Below, in pieces: positions 1 through 9,872 of a stretch of 20,420 nucleotides of DNA. The stretch spans positions 248,001 through 268,420 of the forward strand of contig RSEE01000092.1 in the NCBI GenBank assembly GCA_003971905.1, read 5' to 3'. The notes below the pieces were generated by a model that did not search any database, was not told the DNA's origin, and saw only the letters and a list, made by a program, of their open reading frames with translations. This stretch comes from Moniliella sp. 'wahieum'. Taxonomy: Eukaryota. The translations under genes were made by a program, and so were the position numbers. Each line of letters starts with the position of its first letter. Position 1 is the stretch's first letter.

Positions 1-677
1 GCCTGCTCGCGCACCCGGCCCATCCGTTGCCGTACGAAACGGTGCGGCGGTACGCGGAGAGCGTGTTGACGAGTCGGACCAGGTAGCTGTGGCCGGCACG
101 GGGCGTGCCGGACTTGGCTGCGATCGTGGCTGATGCCTTTCGCTTCCTTCGGGCTTTGCGCCGCAGGCCCCGGCTGCACCTACCTACTTTGGCGGACAAG
201 CGCGCATTGCCCAAGCGCACGCCAGCGAATTTTTGCTCGCGTTCGATGCCGCCGGCGTGGCGGAGAGCACCTTGGCCGTGCTGCGCGCCGTGATTGAAGA
301 TGCTGGTGCTGGTCAGGCATTCTATCACCTCCCCTACAAGGACGCAGCTCTCTTCGGTCTCCGTCTTCCCGCCGGCACCTCGCGCCCGTGGCCACGCTCA
401 AGGCCGTCGCTGCTGGACAGGTCGACGCGTTTGCCCAAGGCCATCACGCAGGCCAAGTTGGCCCTGGCTCAGACGTACGAAAGTGCCGAGGCTTCGCAGC
501 TGCTGCGGCGGCGCTTGTTGCTCGGTTGCCCCTGTGGAGGTGCAAGCTCAGCTGGACGCCATTAGCCAGGTCACAAGGACGACGTGTTGCCGCTGCGGGC
601 CAGTTGCTCGCTTCGGTCCCGTCTAGCGCGGCCTGGGCAACGTCCATGACTTGCCCTACGCAGAGGACTTGCTTTAA
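1..677 (+). CDS. QCR2: Cytochrome b-c1 complex core subunit 2 (M16 peptidase-like), C-terminal part; 5' end outside window; frameshifted
   Basis: Pieces joined across frames read LLAHPAHPLPYETVRRYAESVL...AVLRAVI...PYKDAALFGL...KAITQAKLALAQTYES...GNVHDLPYAEDLL*, with TAA at 675-677. The G-x-V-H-x-LPY-x-[ED]-x-L end is typical of Qcr2/MPP-family proteins. Confidence 0.8.
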
Positions 678-1433
678 ACCGCACCCGCGTAGCAGTCCCT
701 TTGGCCGGCATGCCTTGCCCTCATTTGCCTCTTGCCTCGTCGCCCGGTCGCTTACGGGGCGCGTATGGGTCGGCCCCACGGACTGAGATGAGCGATGAGC
801 AATGTCGATCAGCTGTTGGGCTGGCATAGGTTCCATATTATAGGCAGGCCAAAAAGGAAACACCATAAACGAGAAAAGGGGCAGCATGTTGCCCGGTAGT
901 ACAGCACTTTGCCATTGTCCATTACCGCTGGAAGTCCACAGGTGCTCGGCTAGTCCCTTGGGACATGCCAGGGCAAGGCCAAATCCCGCCCTGACGTTCC
1001 TCCATCTCCCCACCCACTATTAGCATCCGGTTTGGAGATGTGCGGCGCGAATCAGAACCTCTTGAGCTACTCACCACCATTACCCATTAGTACCCATTAC
1101 CCCGTACTCCGTACTCCTTAAACGTTGATGCGGTTGATGACCATAAGATGAAGCGCTGTGCCCAGATAGGCACGCCTGCGCGGCCTTACTCTTAACCATG
1201 GCGCGGGGAAGCCTAAGGGCTAGAGGCATCCTACCGGGGATACAACTCTGCAGGCGAATGATCCCACCAGTGGGGAGACAACTACTATAACTCAGCCTTT
1301 TTTTGTGTTTTCTTCAGTCAGATTGCGAAACCAAGAGCCTGGGTGTAACAGGGAAGATAGAGGGGATGAACAAAGAGAAAAGCGGTCGGAAGAGGAGATG
1401 AGGCGCGGGGACGGGGGCAAAAAGAGTTGGACG

Positions 1434-1475
1434 GTCAACGGTCAACAGTCACTAGTCACTAGTCAACGGTCAACT
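1434..1475. repeat. Heptamer tandem array, 6 x GTCA(AC/CT)N, at the MIF2 stop
   Basis: gtcaacg gtcaaca gtcacta gtcacta gtcaacg gtcaact. Confidence 0.9.
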
Positions 1476-3442
1476 TTCATGGATCATGGATGAAGCCTGC
1501 CGAAGGGGTCCCACAGTTCCCCTGCGCAAGCGTGGTGGCACTGACGCGCGCAACGCGGCACTTGCTCGCCCAGCCCAGTTGCGGGCCTGGGTAAACATCA
1601 GTCGTGCTTCGCGTTGAGAAATGTTGGTAATGGAGTACAGGTTGCCTCTTGGCACGAGGAACAGTCCGCCAGGCGCCATGGTGAACTGACTTTGGCCCAC
1701 CTGGACCGAACCGCACCTTGGATCACAAAGAACATCTGGTCGGTTCCAAGTTAGCGAGAAGAACGGCCAAAGAAAGAAAGATGCACGGTAGCAATGAGGC
1801 AATGAGGCAATGAGGCAAGGGGAAGGTGGGGGGGGGGGGAGTGACGTACGTAGTTGGTTTCCCTGCTTGATCTGGGCTCCTTGCTCTTCCCAACAGGAAT
1901 GTAAAGCACGCCCGAGGCCAAGGTATCATCTATGCTGAGCAACTTGTCAAACCCCGAGTTATCTCCCGGAGGGACTTGGAGATGAATCTGATGTGACGGA
2001 CACGCAATTGGTCGGAGAACTTCGCGCTGCAGATCCGGATCCCACACACGCTGCATCCGTTCCGTCCCTTCGTCCATCCCATCCTCCACTGCCACATTGT
2101 CTGCCGTAGGGTCCAACTCGACAAACTCGCCCTCCTCCTCGTCCAGCTCCACCTCTTCTGGCTCCGAATCGTACCCGAGGTGGGACCCTTGCTCCATCTC
2201 TTGGTCCGCGATACCTTGATCTTCTTGATCTTCTTCTTGTTCTTGCTCTTGCTCTTGTTCTTGCTCTTGCTCGTCGATCCCTGACTCCTCTGCAGAGGAG
2301 AGATCATCCTCCTCATCCTCAACCTCGCGCGCATGGTCCGTGCTCGTGCTGGGGCCGCTTGCCCACCTGCTCATCGGCGTCTACCGATGAGGTTCTCGGT
2401 GGCGTGGGCAGACGACGGGTACGGGTACGGGTACGGGTACGAGCGCCAGTGCCGGTGCCGGTGCCGGTGCCGGTGCCATTGCCTTTGGCGTGGTACGAGG
2501 CCAACTTGCGATGCAACCCAGTAAACGTACCTTCGCCCTCGGCGCGCCGACACGGTGGACGGAGGTCAAGGTGGGTCCGACCACGGTTCCGTCTGCGTCT
2601 CCGGGGGCGGACGTCCGTACTCGGCGCGCTCGCCACGCCACCACTCCAAAGGCTTGATCCGGTGGCGTGTGGAACGTCGCAAAGGCACCATACGCTCCTG
2701 CAGCACTTCTTCTTCTTCTTCATTTTCTCTTCTTCTTCCCCTTCCTCTTCGTCCTCCTCCTCCTCTGCGACAAGTGTTCATCCTGCGTGTAGGTATCCGA
2801 ATCCGATTCGGGCTCGGGGTCAGACTCGGGGTCAGACTCGGCCTCGGGTCGGATTCGGACGAGGGCGCAGAATCGAGTTTGGTCCGCTTGGACACGCGGT
2901 GTGCAGAGCCAGCGCCGCTTGAGCGCCGGCGAGCTGGGCGGGGGCGAGTCGGCCCAGGCAGACACCTCCCTAGCTTGGGAGGGGAAGTGGGAACATGACG
3001 ATCCAGAGTCTTGCTGCGCGTCTGCTGTTCGTTCTCATGCCCATACGCATACGCCTGGGGGCTGGGGGTGGGCGCCGTGCTGCAGGCCGTTGTGGTCGGA
3101 ACCATCGTGCGCCTCCATCTCGTCCTCTGTCACAACGACGGTTCGGCGGGGGCGGGCGGGACGTGTGGCGCTGGAGGGGAAGGGACGGCGCAAGGTGGGC
3201 AGGGCGGAATGGTCGCTGCACGCGTCCTCTTCGTCCTCCTCGTCGGAGGATGGGCTGGGGGGGAGGGCGCGACGCGCGACGCACCCCAGGGCTGGAGTAG
3301 AGGTAGGCTTGTGGGTGGTGGTGGGGGTGTCGGGGCGCCGGGCGCGCGATGCGGACGAGGCGATGCGTGTGGCTGTCATCCGCGGTGGTGGTGGTGGTGT
3401 GGTGGTGGCGGGGAGAAGCTGCGCCGGCCGACGCGCCGCCAT
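1470..3442 (-). CDS. MIF2: Inner kinetochore protein CENP-C (Mif2/Cnp3); one intron; frameshifted
   Basis: CENP-C motif LRRSTRHRIKPLEWWRGERAEYGRP (~2600-2680). Acidic linker. C-terminal cupin domain GFDKLLSIDDTLASGVLYIPVGKSKEPRSSR..NY|MFFVIQGAVRVQVGQSQFTMAPGGLFLVPRGNLYSITNISQREARLMFTQAR. The start (ATG at 3442) and exact stop are less certain. Confidence 0.9.
1736..1849 (-). other. Spliceosomal intron in MIF2
   Basis: GTACGT donor, GCTAAC branch point and CAG acceptor on the minus strand. Removal joins ...NY to MFFVIQG in the cupin domain. Confidence 0.85.
2417..2477. repeat. Coding hexamer microsatellites (GGGTAC)4 and (GTGCCG)~5 in MIF2
   Basis: Directly visible. They probably encode GTGTGT... 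and RTRTRT... on the minus strand. Confidence 0.85.
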
Positions 3443-3728
3443 CGCGCACGGAATCTTGATGGCCAACCCAATAGCATTAGCGCGTAGCTCCCAGTCGCTG
3501 CAACCGCGTCGCGCTTGAAATTGAAACATCCCAGTGCTTGGGGCACCAACCCTAACCCTGGCGCCGATTTCTCCCTGCAGACAGATTGTTCTGCTGCGCC
3601 ACCAACGCACCAGATATCCACTCGTCCCTGCATTACTAGCGACTCTCCAGGCGCACAGTGCCCATAGTAGCGTAGCGCCGCAGCCGACCAAACAGACAAA
3701 AATGGAGCGGGCTCGATTCCATTCGTAT

Positions 3729-5066
3729 TCAACCGAGGGCGGCTAGTTGATCGTGGTACCGTCGTTTCCGCAGAGGGTCCTGCTCCTCCAGTTGGGTCAG
3801 GAGCAGCCGCTGTTGGGCACGATCGGTATCGGTACTATCAACGTCCGGGGTGGACAGCCGTGTCTTTCTCCGCATCCCAAGCAGCCAGACGATGCTCTGC
3901 TTGCACACTGTACCACTGTCAGTATGCCTCCTTCCGCGCAACCAACACCAAGGAGAGACGTACAGATCGCGTCCGGTTCCAGTTCCAACAGCTCAGTGAG
4001 CGACTGGATCTCGGCGTCCAACGTGGTGGTATCGCCAGCGGGGAGAGCTTGTTGCTTAGCCTCGATGATCCAGCGGTGGTGTTGCCAGATGCTGCCGTCG
4101 GAAGGGTCGGTGTACATGGCTTGTTGCAACAAGTCCAGTTCCCTAGCCAAATCAGCTTGCTTCCCCTCCTCTGCCAACGTCCAGCGGTGGCGCAGGACCA
4201 TTTGGCGCTGGTGCCATGCACTAAAGTTGGAGAAGTTTTGCTCGATCTTGCGTTGCGTGTAGGCCAGCTCTTTTCCAGTAACGACCAGGGGATCTGGGTC
4301 GGGAAAGGGGGTGGGGAAGGAGGGAGTGTCAGCGCAGCAACGACTTGCGGTGGCACGGCTTGGTCAGCCTCCTGCATTGTCACTGGCGCTTCAACTGGGC
4401 TGCGAGCGGCCAAGGCTAAATGAGCAAGCACGTAGCGACGATAATTCCACCCATGAAAGTTGCGTGGATCAATGTCCAACATGCGTTCCACCAACTTCAT
4501 TTCGCGTGCCCACTTGCCTCCTGGCGCAACTCGCGTTCCAGCTCTGCCCCGGCGTCCGGCCGTTCGGCCACGTGGGGCGCTGTGCCCGTAACGACCGCCT
4601 GCGCCGCCTGAATCTGCTGTGGAGACGGGTACATCTGCAAACACCATCTTCTGTGGTTCCAGATCCAGTACACTTTCGGGTGAGCACGCAGCGCGACCTC
4701 GGTCAGATCAATGTCCCCATCCAGCAACGTGGCCTGGAGCAAGCGCATCTGGGCAAACGCGTGGGCGGGGGGGTGCTGAGCCCGCTGCGCAGTGTACGTG
4801 TGCAACAAGAGCTCAACAACAGCTTGCCGGCGCACGTTCCATGCCGTGGCCGTTTCGGGGTTGACAGCGAGAAGTTGGGCGGTAGCTTCGAGCGTCTGCT
4901 GCACCTGGGCGTGGGTCAGCGTCCGTGCGCCACGCGCTTCCGCGCGCAACGCCCACACGCGCGCTTCGAGCGTAGTGAGCACCTCGAGCTGCCGAGCCTC
5001 GGCGGCCTTCTTGGCCTGCCGCGCCTCCTCGCTCTGCTTCTGCGTCGCACGCTTCACGCCGTGCAT
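3729..5066 (-). CDS. BET4: Rab geranylgeranyltransferase (GGTase-II) alpha subunit; one intron; frameshifted
   Basis: N-terminus MHGVKR. PPTA repeats: LLAVNPETATAWNVRR, ALRAHPKVYWIWNHRRWCL, MLDIDPRNFHGWNYRRYV, IEQNFSNFSAWHQR, AMYTDPSDGSIWQHHRW. C-terminus LEEQDPLRKRRYHD. Confidence 0.93.
3908..3963 (-). other. Spliceosomal intron in BET4
   Basis: GTACGT...ACTGAC...TACAG on the minus strand, 56 nt. Confidence 0.8.
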
Positions 5067-5257
5067 GGTGGAGGCGCAGTGGTGGTTCCTGAGTGGTGAG
5101 TCTCCACACTGGTCGAGTTGAGCCACCGGGCGCTCACAGCCTTCGACGGCACGACTGGCAGCGTGAAATTTCAGCTGGCACATTATACTGGCCAGCTTCC
5201 GTCGAGCTTCGACTTGCCACACCCTTCCCCCCCCCCCCACACACCCACACCACCGCC

Positions 5258-6933
5258 ATGGCCAGCGTGCCTTACATCTCCATCCAGCCCGACTACCCGG
5301 ACGTCGTGCGCGACGTTGCAGCTGGACGTGTGGCAGAGGAGAAGACGTGGCTGTCGGTCTACGCATCGAACGCACCCGATGCTTCGCTGCATGCCCGCCT
5401 GTCTGTCCAGCACAGCGCCCAGGGCCCGCCGCGCATTGACCCCGACACATCTGCCCTCACCATCTCTGAGCCCAGCAGCGTGCGTACCGCCCGTACTCCA
5501 CCCTACCACGCGGGGCACTACTGACGTGCGTATCTATCTCTATCTACAGACAGGGATGAGGGTGACGGTGGTGGGCAAGACCCCTGCGCCGCGATCGGAG
5601 TTGGGTTTGGGACTGCACTCGATTTATGCGCGCCAAGACCAAATCCGCCAATCGAGCGTCCACATCCGGTTCCCGCTGCATACGCGGCACCTTTCTTGGC
5701 AAGCTTGCCTCGCCCGCAGGTATCCAGGCGTTTGATGTGAGTCCGACCAATGGTCTGTATGTGGCAGGGGGCGACGATGGCGCGCTGCAAGTGGGGACGT
5801 TACCGGCATTCTGCCTTCGCAGGACGAAGCAGCACACAGAGAGCCAGCCACGTCCGAGTTGGAGCAGCGAGCTCAGCGTCGTATGGCTCAGTTGGCTGCG
5901 GAGCGCGCGGCCGAGGAAACCTTGTCCCTCACTGGTCATGTGGGCGACCTTCGATCTGCCAAGTTTTTCCCTAGTGGAGAAGGTAGGCATCGCTTTTCTC
6001 CCCCCCGATCTTCTCCCTCGTGCGTAGGAACAGCTGGTCTGACCTTTGTTCGTTCCCAGTAATCCTTACCACCAGCTCGGACATGTCGGTCCGGATCTTC
6101 TCAGCGCGGGAAAATGCCAACCCGCGGACATTGTGGGGGCACAAGCGCGCCGTCCTGGCCAGCGAGATATCGGGCGAGGGAGACACGTCGTGACAGGTGG
6201 GGCAGATGGGACAGTACGTCTGTGGGATGTGGGGCAGGGCAAGCAACTCAGCTCCTACGCCATGCCACGCTTCAGCTCGGCCAATGCCCTGGCTCTATCC
6301 CCGGCAGAAGGTAACGTGGTAGCGGTTGCCCTGGCGTCCGGAGCAGTGCAGTTGGTCGACGTGCGCCTACCCGCCTCTGCCTCTGCCCCTGCTTCTGCTT
6401 CTGCTTCTGTCTCCTCTCCATCCGAGGGGCAGTACGCCTCGTTGACCGGAGCGAGCTACGTACCTGCGCTGAGCCAGTTCCCTCCTGCCAGCTGGGACCC
6501 AGCGCCGTCGGCGGCGGTGCGGTGGTCGGGGCAGCGACGTGCGACGGGCAGTTTGGTCAGCGTGGCGTGGATGGGGGAACGGTTGCTGACAGGGAGCTCG
6601 AAGGGCATCTTTTCGCTGCTGGACCCGCGTATGCTGAGCACGTCCGAAGGCCCGACGGGCGAGACGGGCGAGACGGGCGACGCGTGCGGCGTGGTGGCGG
6701 CATGGGAACGCTCGACTGCCGAGGTGACGGACATCCAAGCGCTCGACGGGGACGAGTACCTGGCGTCGTCGGCCGATGGCCTGCCCCACCGCGCGCGGCT
6801 TCCAAGCGCAAGGGGGGGGCGGAGGTGCTGGAAGAGCTGGCTGGCTGGGACACGCTGCGGGCCACCAAGGTGCGCATCGACGCCACCGGCCACACCGTCG
6901 TCGCCGGCGCCGGGGGCCATCCGGCGGTACTAG
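5258..6933 (+). CDS. WD40-repeat proteasomal ATPase-associated factor (PAAF1/Rpn14-like); two introns; frameshifted
   Basis: N-terminus MASVPYISIQPDYPDVVRDVAAGRVAEEKTWLSVY. WD repeats: AFDVSPTNGLYVAGGDDGAL, LTGHVGDLRSAKFFPSGE|VILTTSSDMSVRIFS, GHKRAV..IGRGRHVVTGGADGTVRLWDVG. The FFPSG-x-V-I-L repeat is characteristic of PAAF1/Rpn14. Ends GAIRRY*. Confidence 0.8.
5480..5549 (+). other. Intron 1 of the PAAF1-like gene (acceptor at 5549 or 5553)
   Basis: GTGCGT donor, ACTGAC branch point, tandem TACAG/ACAG acceptors. Confidence 0.7.
5983..6059 (+). other. Intron 2 of the PAAF1-like gene
   Basis: GTAGGC donor, TCTGAC branch point, CCCAG acceptor. Removal gives FFPSGE-VILTTSSD. Confidence 0.85.
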
Positions 6934-7071
6934 TGGGGGCATTTACCCCTACTATCTCATCGACATGTTCATCCATCGCAGCCATCCACCCCGCAGTTCG
7001 AGTTGCGCAATAGCCGTTTTTTTTTTGTTCGTCTGTAGGAGCGCTGGTTATGTAATTGGACATACACTATA

Positions 7072-7079
7072 TGACGTCA
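7072..7079. promoter_or_regulatory. Perfect CRE/ATF (bZIP) palindrome TGACGTCA upstream of the HMG gene
   Basis: Exact 8-mer in the 6934-7469 intergenic region. Function is not shown. Confidence 0.3.
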
Positions 7080-7364
7080 CACCTGCCTCGCGGGAGCCCC
7101 GCCTGGGGCGCCGCGTCGGCGGATGCGCCTTGGAGCTTGGCCGCCTCCCGCTGCCGCGCGCGCACACGCCGACGGAACTCCCATCAGGAGTCCCCTTCTT
7201 GCTGGCGGTGGCCCTGCTGGCTTTGGGGGCTGCTGCTGCCTTCACGCATCCCCTCCCCTCCATCCCTTCGCTCGCCCCTCCGCCTCGGCTTGCGTCCTCT
7301 TCGGACGCCCGACCAGGGATGCTGTAGTCTGACCACACACACACAGGATGCTGCTGCGGCGGCG

Positions 7365-7375
7365 ATATATATATA
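7365..7375 (+). promoter_or_regulatory. TATA-like (AT)n element of the HMG gene
   Basis: ATATATATATA in otherwise GC-rich DNA about 100 bp before the first candidate ATG, followed by a pyrimidine-rich leader. Confidence 0.45.
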
Positions 7376-7469
7376 CGCCCCCACAGCCTTTGTTCCTCCC
7401 TCGCTCCGATCGCATTGCCCCCCTTGTCGCCCCATCTCCCCTCCCACCACCCATCCCCACTCCCTTCTC

Positions 7470-9872
7470 ATGGCCAGCCCCCCGACGCAACCCCCGCCCT
7501 GCTGGACCACGCTGGACGCGATGGACCCGCACCTGCTCCAGCTCATGTCCCACCATGCCCTCCGGCTGCTCCCTGCCCAACTTCTTCTGCACCCCGCCCA
7601 CCCCGATCAGGGAAGCGTTCGAGGCAGCACAGCGCCTTGCCTTGGAACGCAGACGCTCCAGCGGCCGCAGCCCCTTGGCCCAGCAACAGGTTTGTCTTTC
7701 CTCCTCCAGATGACCATTCGATTTCCCCTCTCCTTTCCTGTCACATCCGCGAAACAAAACGCTCACCTCCGTCTCTGTCTCTTACGTTTTCCAGATCTCG
7801 AAATCTGGATCGGAAGTTCTGCAGCTGCCCAACCAGTCTCGCCGTCAAGCTTCTCCTTCGTGTGAGTGTGGACTATCCAATTCGGTGTCCGTGAGAAAAG
7901 TATGGTCAAGCTGACCTGTGTTGGACTGTGGCGATGCTCCCTTTTTCCGTGGCATCTGGACAGCTAGTACCTCTCTTGACGTGGAGCAAGTGCGGCCGCG
8001 CTCCCTGACGCCTGACCCGCAAGGCATGGACCTTGTCCCTCTTGATCCGTCGGACCACCCTCCCAAGCGCTCCCACGGGCGCAAGATGGATCCGGGTCAC
8101 ATCAAGCGGCCGCCCAATGCGTTTATTCTCTTTCGTTCCTGGTTGATTCGGATGGAAAGGGATGTGCTGGGGAACCAGATGCAAAACATTGCATTTCGCC
8201 GGCATTGTTTGGCACCAGCTCAGCTTGCCCGAGAAGCGACAGTGGCACACCCTGGCCAAGGAGAAGAACAACAACACCAGCAGCTTTATCCCAATTGGAA
8301 GTTCCAGCCCAAAAAACGGTCCCGAAGAGCTGTCGATACTGCCAATGCTGATGCCGAGCCTTCGCATACCGATCCCAAGGACAGCAGCAAAAGCAGCGGA
8401 CCAAAAAGTCCAGACGCGAATCGCATAACCGCTTGATCCTCGAGAATGCCAACCATTTTTGCGCAAGTGTGGACGCAGCTCTGTCGACGAGGGTAAAATC
8501 AAATTGGCGCGCATGGAGAGTCGTCGGCTTCGTCAGGCCAAGATAGTGGGCGTGACTCGATCGTGGCTCAACTGGAAGGAGAGCACATGGAGAAGATGAA
8601 AGCACTCCAGCAGGATGCGCCCGCGAAGGAAAAGAAGAGGGGTAGCAGTGGACCCAGTTGCCCGTCACCACGCGACACTTCGGTTCCATTTGCTCCCTGT
8701 AAGCCACCCCCGTTGGCGACCAACATGTTTATGGACCATGTCCCGCCCTTGGACCCGAACCAGGCCCTATCCACAGCTGCATTGGGGGGGGGAAGAAACC
8801 ATCTCCCCCACGGATAGCAAAGGCTTGATCGACTACAGCTGGATGCACCGCTGTCACATGCGCTTCCACCCACCCACAGCCAACAGAAGGACTGCTGCCG
8901 CCGCCTGCCAATGTGGCACGTCCCTCGAGCCCACTACGTTCCCCTTCGCCCTGTATTTTCGCCCCCAGGGGTTAGGTACGACACCTGCTTCCCACCTCAG
9001 TCTCAGTCCCAACTTGTCCCTCCCTGGCTCGAGATCAGCATCGCCCTGTGGGAGCTACGTGACAGCGTCAGACCTGTCCTCGTATCGGTATCGCTTTCGC
9101 CTGTACTTTCGCTTCCTAGTGATACCTCACTCTCTCTTCCCTTTGCCTTGGCCCCCTCCTCCGATGGACCCTGCCCAGCTTCTTTGCTTCCCCCCGCCTC
9201 TCAACACGGATCGGGATCGACGAAACAAAGCACACTCTCCTCTGCTGTGTCTCCGGCAGCCCCGCCTGCTCGCCCCTACTCCCTGGACCATGCACCAACT
9301 GCTCCCACTTTCGTGGGCCAAGCAGGCCAAGCGGCCAAGCGAGCCAAGCGAGCCAAGCGAGCCAAGCCAGTCAAGCCAGCACCAATTCTACTGACTTGAA
9401 CCGAGCAGTGCCATCGTGGTCCCATCTCGTTGCCTCACTCCAGCCCGAACGATCGGAACCGATGCCCATCTCTACGCCTGCGGGGCAAGCTTCCCAAGCG
9501 GCCCAGTTGACGCCAGAACGAGGCCCTCTGTCCGGACCTCACCAACACCGCATCCAGTTGGACCGAAGGACTCTCCCCCTCTACGGAGAATGTGGGTACA
9601 GTGACGACAAGACTCTTCTCTCCACCTCACTGCCTACCAGCTTATCGTCCCACGAAGCATGCTTGGTTGCCCCGCCGGACCTTCTGCCTTCAACTTCTGG
9701 CCCTGGCCCGCCCGTGCCAGGGGGAGCAGGGTCAGGGCAAGGACCTGCCCCTGCTACCGCCATTGAAGTGGGACCTGTACCCCCCGAGCGTGCCCTTCTC
9801 GAGGCTGAACGTACCTCGTCCCGCACGTTGGGGGACGTGTTTGCGATGGGTACAGGTTCAGAGTGGTCCTGA
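7470..9872 (+). CDS. HMG-box (MATA/SOX-TCF-type) transcription factor; two introns; frameshifted
   Basis: HMG box at ~8098-8320 rebuilt across frames: SHGRKMDPGHIKRPPNAFILFRSWL...FAGIVWHQLSLPEKRQWHTLAKE..QHQQLYPNWKFQPKK. Long Pro/Ser-rich C-terminus ends FAMGTGSEWS*. The start could be 7470 or 7521 (each needs one indel) or 7555. Confidence 0.85.
7690..7794 (+). other. Intron 1 of the HMG gene
   Basis: CAG|GTTTGT donor, GCTCAC branch point, polypyrimidine tract, CCAG acceptor. Removal keeps the frame open. Confidence 0.7.
7862..7963 (+). other. Intron 2 of the HMG gene
   Basis: GTGAGT donor, GCTGAC branch point, ACAG acceptor. Removal puts exon 2 in frame with STSLDVEQ...HMG box. Confidence 0.75.
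9326..9367. repeat. Coding 9-mer tandem repeat (GCCAAGCGA-like, ~4.5 units) in the HMG gene
   Basis: gccaagcg gccaagcga gccaagcga gccaagcga gccaagc. Confidence 0.8.

Noticed and set aside
825..1300. U3 snoRNA, RNase P/MRP, HDV-like ribozyme or group I intron resemblance (CATAGG..TATAGG, GGTTGATGA, GGGGAAG, GGCGAATG)
   Set aside because: Each match is partial. There is no box D CTGA, no clean P4 pairing, no HDV P1/P2/P3 pseudoknot and no R/S elements. Kept only as an unassigned candidate RNA.
1434..1475. CRISPR-like or mobile-element repeats
   Set aside because: These are contiguous tandem heptamers with no spacers, in eukaryotic DNA, and no transposase or terminal repeats are seen.
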